From: an uncultured archaeon
Lineage (GTDB): Archaea > Aenigmatarchaeota > Aenigmatarchaeia > Aenigmatarchaeales > JACQIB01
NCBI GenBank assembly: GCA_964372405.1
Contig: CAYJQM010000001.1
Location: forward strand, 1-44,763
Direction: 5' to 3'
DNA length: 44,763 nt
The position numbers and the translations under genes were made by a program. Within the stretch, counting starts at the first letter, position 1, and each line of letters begins with the position of its first letter. This document shows, in pieces, positions 18,009-25,728 of the stretch. Below the pieces are notes generated by a model, which was not told where the DNA came from, did no database searches, and saw nothing but the letters and a program-made list of their open reading frames with translations.

Positions 18009-19265
18009 TTAAAGCTCCACTGTTTCGCCTTGCTCTGGTGCTATCGCGTCAACAGCAAATCTACCGCGAAGTTCTGTTGCGAAACGCTCGCAGTAATCTC
18101 CGTGGACACAAATAACTTTTTCTGGGCGCAGTTTTTGCACGAATTCTAAAAGTTGTGTTCTTCCGGCGTGCGCAGAAAAGTCAAGCTGAGTAACTTTCAT
18201 TTTAACAGCGAGGTCAAAACCTTCTGTTACGAAACGACCGGTGTCTAGCAAATATCTTCCAGCTGTTTTAGGCGCTTGGAAACCTGTAAGTGTTAAAGAA
18301 CATTCAGGCTTGCTGTAAAGTCTTTTGATGTAGAATGATGCAGGTCCGCCTTCTAACATTCCTGATGTGGTAATTATTGCACAAGGCTCTTTGATTGCTT
18401 TTGAACGCTCTTCGTCAGAGTTTAGAGGAACAACATGGTCTGCGGCTGCTTGCAATGCCTTAGGATTTCTTAGCAACTCAGGATAACGCAAAGTTATTTC
18501 TGTCGCAGCTTTTGCCATGCCATCCATGTAAATTGGGAAGTCAGGCTTTGCAGAATGCAGAACCATGGCAACTTCAGCAGCCCGTCCAACAGCAAATGCA
18601 GGAAGTATTGATACGCCTCCGTTTCCAATTGTTTCTTTTACACTTTCAATCAACTTCTTTTCGCTTTCCTCTCTTGGGACGTGGTCTCTGGAACCATATG
18701 TACTTTCCATTATCAAAACATCAATATCCTTGAACTGGGAAATTTTCGCGCCGTTAAGCAGCCTTGTATTCAGCATATTGAAGTCGCTTGTGTAAAGAAC
18801 CCTTTTCTTTCCAAAATCCATAACCGTGCACATGCTGCCAGGTATATGTCCGGCGTCTAAGATTTCTGTAGAAGTGGTTTTGGTTTCAACTCGCTGTCCG
18901 TAAGTAACAATTTTATTGTTTTCCTTCATCGTGCCAACTTCGCGGTCGCTGAAAATTCTTGGTTTGTTTTCCAATCGCATTATTTTCAAGCTGTCATTTA
19001 GCAAAAGGTAGGCCTGATCTAATGTTGCAGCTGTAGCATAAACTGGAAACTTTTGTTTTTTGTAAAGAGTTGGTATGGCTCCGCAGTGGTCCAGATGTGC
19101 ATGCCCTAAAAATAAACCAGAAACCTTGTTTGCTGGAAGGGGTACATCTTGTTCGTCTGGGTGTATGCCATAGTCAAAAAGAAATCTTTCTTTACCATTG
19201 TCCAAAAGTATGCCGTTTCGGCCTACTTCCCTAAAACCACCCAAACACTCAAGCTTTAATTTCAT
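18009..19265 (-). CDS. beta-CASP family metallo-beta-lactamase RNase (aCPSF2-like, no KH domains)
   Basis: MKLKLECLGGFREVGRNG.., HxHxDH as LGHAHLDHCG, and C-terminal ..SAHAG.. / ..VHGD.. motifs. The upstream 50 codons of the track ORF are low-complexity and lie in the divergent promoter, so ATG 19265 is chosen. Confidence 0.8.
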   Translation of the reverse strand: MKLKLECLGGFREVGRNGILLDNGKERFLFDYGIHPDEQDVPLPANKVSGLFLGHAHLDHCGAIPTLYKKQKFPVYATAATLDQAYLLLNDSLKIMRLENKPRIFSDREVGTMKENNKIVTYGQRVETKTTSTEILDAGHIPGSMCTVMDFGKKRVLYTSDFNMLNTRLLNGAKISQFKDIDVLIMESTYGSRDHVPREESEKKLIESVKETIGNGGVSILPAFAVGRAAEVAMVLHSAKPDFPIYMDGMAKAATEITLRYPELLRNPKALQAAADHVVPLNSDEERSKAIKEPCAIITTSGMLEGGPASFYIKRLYSKPECSLTLTGFQAPKTAGRYLLDTGRFVTEGFDLAVKMKVTQLDFSAHAGRTQLLEFVQKLRPEKVICVHGDYCERFATELRGRFAVDAIAPEQGETVEL

Positions 19266-19317
19266 AAACAAACCTTTATCTATGGATATATTTAATAGTG
19301 GAATATAAAGGGATTTT

Positions 19318-20391
19318 ATGGACATTGAAAGGCGCATCGAACTTATAACAAGGGCTCCGACCGAGGAAGTTATTACAAATGAAGATCTGAAGAAGCTTCT
19401 TGAAACAAAAGACAAAGTTACAGCTTATGATGGTTTTGAACCTTCGGGACTTTTGCACTTAGGCAGCGGAGTAATGCGCGCGATAAAGTTGCAGGACATG
19501 CTTGATGCAAAAGTTGAGTTCATGTTGTATATAGCCGATTGGTTCGCTGCTCTGAATAATAAGTTTGGCGGTGATATGGAATTAATTAAACAGGCCGGTA
19601 AATACTTCATTGAGGGGTGGAAGGCTTGTGGAATTGACATGAATAAAGTTTCTGTGAAGTGGGCGTCTGAGGCAGTTGCCGATGAGAATTATTTTAAGGG
19701 CGTTCTAGAACTTGCAAAAATTACGACAATAAACAGGATGATAAGAACAGCACCAATAATGGGCAGATCAGAAGCAGAAATGATGTTCACTTCGCAAATA
19801 ATTTATCCTTTTATGCAGGCCTACGACCCTTTATACTTTGGTATAGATATACTTCAGTTAGGTATGGACCAGCGCCGTGTAACAATTCTTACTAGAGAAA
19901 TGGCACCAAAATTTGGTAAACCAAAGCCTGTGCTTGTTCACCACCACCTTCTCATTGGCTTACAAGGACCAGGACAGGGGCGAATGGGTCAAGAGCAAGC
20001 AATGTTAGAAGCAAAAATGTCAAAGTCAAAACCTGAGACCGCGATTTTCATACATGATAGCAGAGAAGAAATAGAAAGAAAAATCAACTCAGCATTTTGT
20101 CCAGAATTGAAATCAGAAGGAAATGCCATAATGGAAATGTGGAAGTACATCATATTTAGAAAATTCGACTCGAGAGTTATACAAAGAAAGAGGGATCCTA
20201 AACTTGAAGTACAATCTTTTGAGGAACTGGAAAAGAATTATGCAGCAGGCAAAATACACCCAATGGACTTGAAGAAGGAAACAACCGATGCAATAGATGA
20301 AATATTGAAACCGGTGCGCGCACATTTTGAAAAAAGCAAAGCCGCTAAAAAACTTTATGAGACTGTTAAAAATGCACAGGTGACTCGTTAA
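19318..20391 (+). CDS. tyrS: tyrosyl-tRNA synthetase (archaeal type)
   Basis: The class I HIGH-like element is EPSGLLHLGSG, and KMSKS is present. The family-typical ..QLGMDQR.. block is present. Confidence 0.9.
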   Translation: MDIERRIELITRAPTEEVITNEDLKKLLETKDKVTAYDGFEPSGLLHLGSGVMRAIKLQDMLDAKVEFMLYIADWFAALNNKFGGDMELIKQAGKYFIEGWKACGIDMNKVSVKWASEAVADENYFKGVLELAKITTINRMIRTAPIMGRSEAEMMFTSQIIYPFMQAYDPLYFGIDILQLGMDQRRVTILTREMAPKFGKPKPVLVHHHLLIGLQGPGQGRMGQEQAMLEAKMSKSKPETAIFIHDSREEIERKINSAFCPELKSEGNAIMEMWKYIIFRKFDSRVIQRKRDPKLEVQSFEELEKNYAAGKIHPMDLKKETTDAIDEILKPVRAHFEKSKAAKKLYETVKNAQVTR

Positions 20392-21716
20392 TGATTGATA
20401 TCAAACTGATAAGAGAAAATCCAGATATTGTACGCAAAGATCTTAAGAAAAGAGGTGCTGACGATAAGGCAAAAATTCTCGAGCAGCTTATTGGCGGAGA
20501 CAAGAAATGGAGAGAGTTAATAGTTGAAGCGGACAAGATGAGGCAGAGACGCAATCAGCTTTCGATGGAAATTGCAAAGCTAAAGAAAGAAAAGAAAAAC
20601 GCTGATGCACAGCTTAAGGAAGCTGGGAAACTTGCAGAACAAATAAAGAAAGACGAAAGCGAAATTAAAAATCTGGAGGAACTTAATCGCACGTTACTGA
20701 TGCGCATACCAAATATTCTACACGAAAGCGTACCGATAGGAAAAGACGAATCTGACAACAAGGAAATAAAGAAATTTGGAAAGCCTACTAAATTTAAGTT
20801 CCAGGCAAAAGACCACATAGACTTAAGCATGCCTTTGGGTCTTATTGATGTTGAAAGAGCTGCAAAAATTTCTGGTGCAAGATTTTATTTTCTTAAAAAT
20901 GATTTAGTTAAATTGAATTATGTTTTGCTGCAATACGGAATAGATTTTATGGTTAAACGAGGCTTCAATATAGCGCAGCCACCTTACATGATAACACGCA
21001 AAGCTTACGAGGGCGTCACAGATGTTGCAGACTTTGAGCATGTTATTTACAAAATAGAAGGTGAAGACCTGCACCTTATTGCAACAAGCGAACATCCATT
21101 AATGTCAATGTTCATGGGCGAAACTTTCGATAAAAAACAGTTGCCAATGAAAGTAGCTGGCGTTTCTACATGCTTTAGAAAAGAAGCTGGTGCTCATGGA
21201 AAAGATACGAAGGGAATTTTTAGAGTCCATCAATTTGACAAAGTCGAACAAACTGTCGTATGTTTGCCAGAACAAAGCTGGAAGTTACATGAGGAACTTA
21301 TACGAAATTCAGAAGAGTTTTTCAAATCACTTGGGATACCTTATAGAGTTGTTAATGTTTGTACAGGCGACATGGGAACTGTTGCAGCAAAGAAGTATGA
21401 TCTTGAAGGATGGTTTCCTGCTCAAGGAAAATATCGCGAGTTGGGTTCTTGTTCAAACTGTACCGATTATCAGTCGCGCCGTTTGGGTATAAAATATAGA
21501 AATAAACAGGGCGAGGCGCCGGCCGGTTTTGTCCACACCCTGAATAACACCCTTGTAGCAACTTCAAGGACAATTGCATGCATATTGGAAAATTTCCAAC
21601 AGAAAGATGGCTCGGTAAAGATTCCTAAAGTTCTTTGGAAGTATACAGGATTCAAGGAGATTAAGGCGCCGAAGGCAAAGAATAAGAAATCCAGCAAGCT
21701 TAAAAAGTCTAAGTAA
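20391..21716 (+). CDS. serS: seryl-tRNA synthetase
   Basis: N-terminal coiled-coil arm (MIDIKLIRENPD..). Class II motifs are ..FRKEAG.., ..RVHQFDKVE.. and ..GSCSNCTDYQSRRL.. . The ATG overlaps the tyrS stop. Confidence 0.9.
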   Translation: MIDIKLIRENPDIVRKDLKKRGADDKAKILEQLIGGDKKWRELIVEADKMRQRRNQLSMEIAKLKKEKKNADAQLKEAGKLAEQIKKDESEIKNLEELNRTLLMRIPNILHESVPIGKDESDNKEIKKFGKPTKFKFQAKDHIDLSMPLGLIDVERAAKISGARFYFLKNDLVKLNYVLLQYGIDFMVKRGFNIAQPPYMITRKAYEGVTDVADFEHVIYKIEGEDLHLIATSEHPLMSMFMGETFDKKQLPMKVAGVSTCFRKEAGAHGKDTKGIFRVHQFDKVEQTVVCLPEQSWKLHEELIRNSEEFFKSLGIPYRVVNVCTGDMGTVAAKKYDLEGWFPAQGKYRELGSCSNCTDYQSRRLGIKYRNKQGEAPAGFVHTLNNTLVATSRTIACILENFQQKDGSVKIPKVLWKYTGFKEIKAPKAKNKKSSKLKKSK

Positions 21717-21728
21717 CGCTGTTTCTTT

Positions 21729-22031
21729 ATGGCTCTAGTAACTTTGTGCAAAGAGAGCGAAGTTCCAGAAGGAAGAGGAAAATCTGTCTTAGTTGATGGA
21801 GTAGATGTGGCGCTTTTCAAAGTAAATGGGAACATTTTTGCACTTGAAAATTCTTGCCCGCATAGAGGAGGCCTTCTTGCAGAAGGGGAAATAACAAACG
21901 GTTGTTGCATTACTTGCCCTTTGCACAATTGGGAATTCGATTTGAAGAATGGTAAATGTACAACTATGGACGTATCAGCTAAAACATTTCCTATTAAGGT
22001 AGAGAACGGGGAAGTTAAAGTAGAATTCTGA
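21729..22031 (+). CDS. Rieske [2Fe-2S] domain protein (NirD-like small subunit)
   Basis: CPHRGG..(17)..CPLHNW is the C-x-H / C-x-x-H Rieske motif in a 100-aa protein. Confidence 0.75.
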   Translation: MALVTLCKESEVPEGRGKSVLVDGVDVALFKVNGNIFALENSCPHRGGLLAEGEITNGCCITCPLHNWEFDLKNGKCTTMDVSAKTFPIKVENGEVKVEF

Positions 22032-22124
22032 TCCACGAAAGTCTTTAAATACCTAGCCTATATTATAAGCCTGCGCAGTTCTCGGTTCAATAGCTGCCCA
22101 GAAATTTGTTAAGCAGGTAGTTTT

Positions 22125-24416
22125 ATGGTCACAGTAATGATCGCCGAAAAGCCCGACGCCGCATTTAACATTGCAAAGGCTTTGGCTGAAAAATCTTTGA
22201 AGAAGAAAACAAGTTCAACTGGTGTTGACTACTACGAGTTTGAGCGCGGCGGAGAAAAACATATTGCAGTTGCAGCTGTAGGCCACCTTTTCAACCTGAA
22301 GCAGAAGGAAGGAAAGGGTTGGAGCTATCCGATTTTTGATGTTGACTGGGCGCCGTCGTTTTCTATTAGGAAAAAATCAGAATTTTCTGAAAAATATTTC
22401 AAAACTTTGGAAGAAGTTGCAAAAGGCGGGGGAAAATATATTGTTTGCTGCGACTGGGATACAGAAGGTTCTGTAATTGGGTGGAACATTTTGAAATTTA
22501 TTTGCGGACAGAAAGATGCGGAGCGAATGAAATTCTCAACTTTAACCAAACAGGATTTGATAAAATCCTACCAAGAACGCTTCAAGCATATGGACTGGGA
22601 AAATATTGAGGCTGGAGAAACCAGACACATACTAGATTTTCTCTACGGCGTTAATGCAAGCCGTGCTTTGACTTTATCAATTAAGAAAGCTTCGCCGCGT
22701 TTTGCTTTGTTATCTGCTGGGCGTGTTCAAGGACCAGTGCTTTCATTTTTGGCTGAAAGAGAAAAAGAGATACAGGCATTCAAGCCTGTTCCATTCTGGC
22801 AGATATTGGCTCAGGTAAAAATAGTTGGTCAAGATGCAGTTGCAGAGCATGAGACTGATAAGTTTTGGAAGAAGGATGAAGCTGAGAAGGCTTTCAAAGG
22901 CTCCAATGTTAAGAATGCTGTTGTAGAAAGTGTTGAGAAGAAAGAACACAAACAATCTCCACCGGTTCCATTTAACATTACTTCTTTGCAAACTGAGGCT
23001 TACAGGCTTTTTGGATATTCACCTCAACAAACTTCAAGCATCGCACAGGACTTGTATACAAAAGCTTTCATCAGCTATCCAAGAACATCTTCAGAAAAAC
23101 TTCCACCACAGATTGGTTACAGAGAAATACTGGAAGCGCTGAGCAAGGTAAAGAAGTACCAGAAGCTTGCTGGAAAATTACTTGCGCTGAAAGAGTTGAA
23201 GCCGACAGAAGGAAAGAGAGATGATCCTGCCCACGAAGCAATCCACCCAACAGTTGAACCGCCTTATGACATTGCAAAGTTGAGAACATATCAGAGAAAC
23301 ATTTATGACCTAGTTGTTCGCAGATACCTTGCACTTTTCGGGGAACCTGCTCTGCGAGAGACAATGAATATTGAGCTCAAGCTGGGCAGCGAAAAGTTCT
23401 TTGTGACTGGACGCAGGACATTGAAAGCTGGTTGGATAGAATTCTACGGTCCTCTTGCAAAATTTGAGGAAATTTCTTTGCCGGAAATGAACAGAGGCGA
23501 CAAGGTCAATGTAAAGAAAGTTGAGATGTTTGACAAGGAGACCCAACCGCCGGCACGCTATTCACAAGCTGCTGTTGTAAAAGAAATGGAAAAGCGCAAT
23601 TTGGGCACACGTGCAACACGTGCTGGTATATTACAAACACTTTACGATCGTTATTACATTTCTGATAGATCTGTCAGAGTTACAGACCTGGGAATGAAGA
23701 TTGTCGAGGTTTTGAAAAAATACGTTCCAGATTTTATCGACGAAGGACTTACTAGAGAGTTTGAAAAAGATTTGGAAAGAGTCCTTCAAAAGAAAGCCAC
23801 GCGTGAAAAAATTATTAACGAGGCGAAGAAAGCTTTGACGAAAATCTGCAAGGAGTTCAAAGCCAATGAAGATAAGATTGGAAAGGACTTGGGCAAAGCT
23901 GTTGTTAAATCCGACGAAGACAGAAACACAATTGGCAAATGCATTAAATGTGGCGGAGATCTGAAATTACTGTTTAGTATTTTTACTAAGAAGCATTTTG
24001 TTGGATGTAATTCTTACAACAGATGTGCAAAATGTCACTTTACTAAGAAAGCTTGCAAGTGTAAGTGTTCGATATGTAGTGGGGAGAAAGGAAAATGCAA
24101 AGATCAATGGAAAGAAAAGGTCTGGTACCCAACCTGCCAGACCGGCTATCCATTGCCACACATGGCTACGATCCAAAGGTTGGACAAAGTTTGTCCTAAA
24201 TGCAATACTCCAATGATTCGCGTAATTAGGAAAGGCAAGAGGCCTTTCAATATGTGTTTGGCAACTGATTGCGAAACCAAAGCAGACTGGGGCAAAGAAA
24301 AGGGCAAAAAGGCAAAAGGAAATAGGCCTTCGGTAAACACAAAGAAAGCTCCATCTAAAGTAAAAGAAATTGTTAAGAAGAGAACTGCGGAAGAAAAGGC
24401 GTCTAAAATATCTTAA
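22125..24416 (+). CDS. topA: type IA DNA topoisomerase with C-terminal zinc ribbons and a Lys-rich tail
   Basis: Toprim N-terminus (MIAEKPDAA..CDWDTEGS). The active-site region is ..ISYPRTSS.. . Several CxxC..CxxC fingers are present (CIKCGG.., CPKCNTPM..). Confidence 0.85.
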   Translation: MVTVMIAEKPDAAFNIAKALAEKSLKKKTSSTGVDYYEFERGGEKHIAVAAVGHLFNLKQKEGKGWSYPIFDVDWAPSFSIRKKSEFSEKYFKTLEEVAKGGGKYIVCCDWDTEGSVIGWNILKFICGQKDAERMKFSTLTKQDLIKSYQERFKHMDWENIEAGETRHILDFLYGVNASRALTLSIKKASPRFALLSAGRVQGPVLSFLAEREKEIQAFKPVPFWQILAQVKIVGQDAVAEHETDKFWKKDEAEKAFKGSNVKNAVVESVEKKEHKQSPPVPFNITSLQTEAYRLFGYSPQQTSSIAQDLYTKAFISYPRTSSEKLPPQIGYREILEALSKVKKYQKLAGKLLALKELKPTEGKRDDPAHEAIHPTVEPPYDIAKLRTYQRNIYDLVVRRYLALFGEPALRETMNIELKLGSEKFFVTGRRTLKAGWIEFYGPLAKFEEISLPEMNRGDKVNVKKVEMFDKETQPPARYSQAAVVKEMEKRNLGTRATRAGILQTLYDRYYISDRSVRVTDLGMKIVEVLKKYVPDFIDEGLTREFEKDLERVLQKKATREKIINEAKKALTKICKEFKANEDKIGKDLGKAVVKSDEDRNTIGKCIKCGGDLKLLFSIFTKKHFVGCNSYNRCAKCHFTKKACKCKCSICSGEKGKCKDQWKEKVWYPTCQTGYPLPHMATIQRLDKVCPKCNTPMIRVIRKGKRPFNMCLATDCETKADWGKEKGKKAKGNRPSVNTKKAPSKVKEIVKKRTAEEKASKIS

Positions 24417-25089
24417 ACTTAACTTCTTTCAAGCCTTCGTTAACAATCTGGAATTCTATTTGCTTGTCTTCTTCCTGTGAGCGGGCTCTCGATATTCTTG
24501 CAATTCTACAGGCTGTTCTACCAGCATGCGAAAGTTCAACAATGTTTTTGCTCCACCACTTTACAATGTTGCGGCCAGACATTTCCAACTTTCCTGTTTC
24601 AATGTCGGCATAAACCTGGTTGGTAAGCAAAACAGGAATGTTGTGCTCACGCGCGTATTTTGATAGCAAAGACAATTGCGTGGCAAGTTCTTTGTTCACG
24701 TCTTGAAAATTCTTGCTGTCAATTGTTACGCGCCACAATGCAACAATGCTGTCCGCTACAACCAATCCAACGTTTTCTTTTTCAAGAATTTTTCCAACTT
24801 TCCTTATGGCATCGGATTGTTCCTGCCATGTCTTGGGCTCAAGCAAAACAATTTTATCCGTGTATTTGCGTGCTTGGCTTTTAGAAATCTGCTCTATTCT
24901 CTCAGAGGAAAACCCGCCTTCCGTATCAATGTAGACAACCCTTTTCCCCATATTTACTACGGATACGACAGCGCACATTGCTATGTTGCTTTTTCCGGAA
25001 GCAGCAGGTCCGTAGAAATTTGTTATGCATCCTGTTTCAATGCCGCCGTTAAGCAGCTTGTCTATAGGTTGCGAGATTGCAAAACGCAT
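24403..25089 (-). CDS. radB: RadB-type RecA/Rad51 paralog
   Basis: ..LLNGGIETGCITNFYGPAASGKSNIAM.. (Walker A) and ..LVVADSI.. (Walker B) in a 228-aa protein lacking the RadA N-terminal domain. Convergent 14-nt overlap with topA. Confidence 0.75.
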   Translation of the reverse strand: MRFAISQPIDKLLNGGIETGCITNFYGPAASGKSNIAMCAVVSVVNMGKRVVYIDTEGGFSSERIEQISKSQARKYTDKIVLLEPKTWQEQSDAIRKVGKILEKENVGLVVADSIVALWRVTIDSKNFQDVNKELATQLSLLSKYAREHNIPVLLTNQVYADIETGKLEMSGRNIVKWWSKNIVELSHAGRTACRIARISRARSQEEDKQIEFQIVNEGLKEVKFKIF

Positions 25090-25180
25090 GGTTATGTTGT
25101 ATAAGCGAAAGCTTTAAATAATAGTTAGTATGTATCATATGTAAACTTTACATGATGTAAACGCTAAATGTGAATTGTAT

Positions 25181-25243
25181 GCAAGTGAAGTTGACTGATG
25201 TCAATACACTTGCAAAATAAAACTTGGTGAGTATTTTGCAAGT
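25181..25243 (+). promoter_or_regulatory. two mutually exclusive hairpins around the start region of ORF 25224-25613
   Basis: GCAAGTG (25181-25187) pairs with CACTTGC (25207-25213). ACTTGCAAAATA (25208-25219) pairs with TATTTTGCAAGT (25232-25243) as a perfect 12-bp stem. That stem's 12-nt loop AAACTTGGTGAG holds the GGTGA SD and the TTG/GTG starts. The two stems share CACTTGC. Confidence 0.45.
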
Positions 25244-25613
25244 TAGAATAAAAAGAACTGGAAACCAAACAGCCGTTTTAATTAGTTTTGACACAGACTC
25301 TGAAAAGTTTGACAGCGTTTATGAGAGGAATAAGTTTTTCTCTGAACTTCATGGCAGAAAGCAAATCGTCATAAAAGATGGACGCAGATATGAGTATAGA
25401 AGAGACGGGATGCTTGATGAGGTTCCACATTTGAAAATTGCAAATTCTGTTTTTGTAATTATGCAACAGCACCTGAAGATGATGGAGCAATTTTTCGACG
25501 GATGGGAAGACAAAGTTATGGTGAAAAGTTTTCCAGTGGTCCTAGATAGAAGTGAGTTGAGGGAATTAGAGGATCAGAAGAAGGAAATGGAAAAGGATGT
25601 AGAGGTTGAATAA
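25224..25613 (+). CDS. hypothetical protein (about 125-129 aa, acidic C-terminus)
   Basis: Long ORF with no competing ORF. The start is non-ATG (TTG 25224, GTG 25227 or TTG 25236). No family recognised. Confidence 0.45.
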   Translation: MVSILQVRIKRTGNQTAVLISFDTDSEKFDSVYERNKFFSELHGRKQIVIKDGRRYEYRRDGMLDEVPHLKIANSVFVIMQQHLKMMEQFFDGWEDKVMVKSFPVVLDRSELRELEDQKKEMEKDVEVE

Positions 25614-25665
25614 ATATGTATGTTTACTTTGTAAACCTAATGACCTATAGGTCGCAAAACAAACC

Positions 25666-25684
25666 GACGTTGCGAAGCAACGTC
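25666..25684. terminator. hairpin GACGTTGC-GAA-GCAACGTC (GCGAAGC core) between ORF 25224-25613 and cdc48
   Basis: Perfect 8-bp stem with a GAA loop. It is preceded by GTTTAC-TTT-GTAAAC (25622-25636) and the 12-bp palindrome GACCTATAGGTC (25642-25653). It may act as a terminator or as cdc48 5'-UTR structure. Confidence 0.5.
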
Positions 25685-25728
25685 AAGCAGTTTTCGACGG
25701 TGATTTGATTATGCCAATCTTTAGTGCG

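Noticed and set aside
19266-19415. A 50-codon N-terminal extension of the beta-CASP RNase in the track ORF (MSFVSRSFFRSSF..).
   Set aside because: The extension is low-complexity, overlaps the tyrS coding start and the divergent TATA-rich promoter, and the family N-terminus (MKLKLECLGG..) begins at ATG 19265.
21470-22036. 188-aa minus-strand ORF.
   Set aside because: It lies antisense to the serS 3' end and to the whole Rieske gene, both of which have strong motif support. It has no recognisable domain.
24676-25104. 142-aa plus-strand ORF.
   Set aside because: It lies antisense to radB, which has Walker A and B motifs. It has no start context.
25152-25198. Possible C/D-box sRNA: AUGAUGU (25152-25158) and CUGA (25195-25198) about 45 nt apart, with a roughly 12-nt guide spacing.
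   Set aside because: The internal D' and C' boxes are poor (UGAA, GUAUGCA). No terminal stem flanks the boxes. The C box ends in U. The region is better explained by the promoter and hairpins of ORF 25224.
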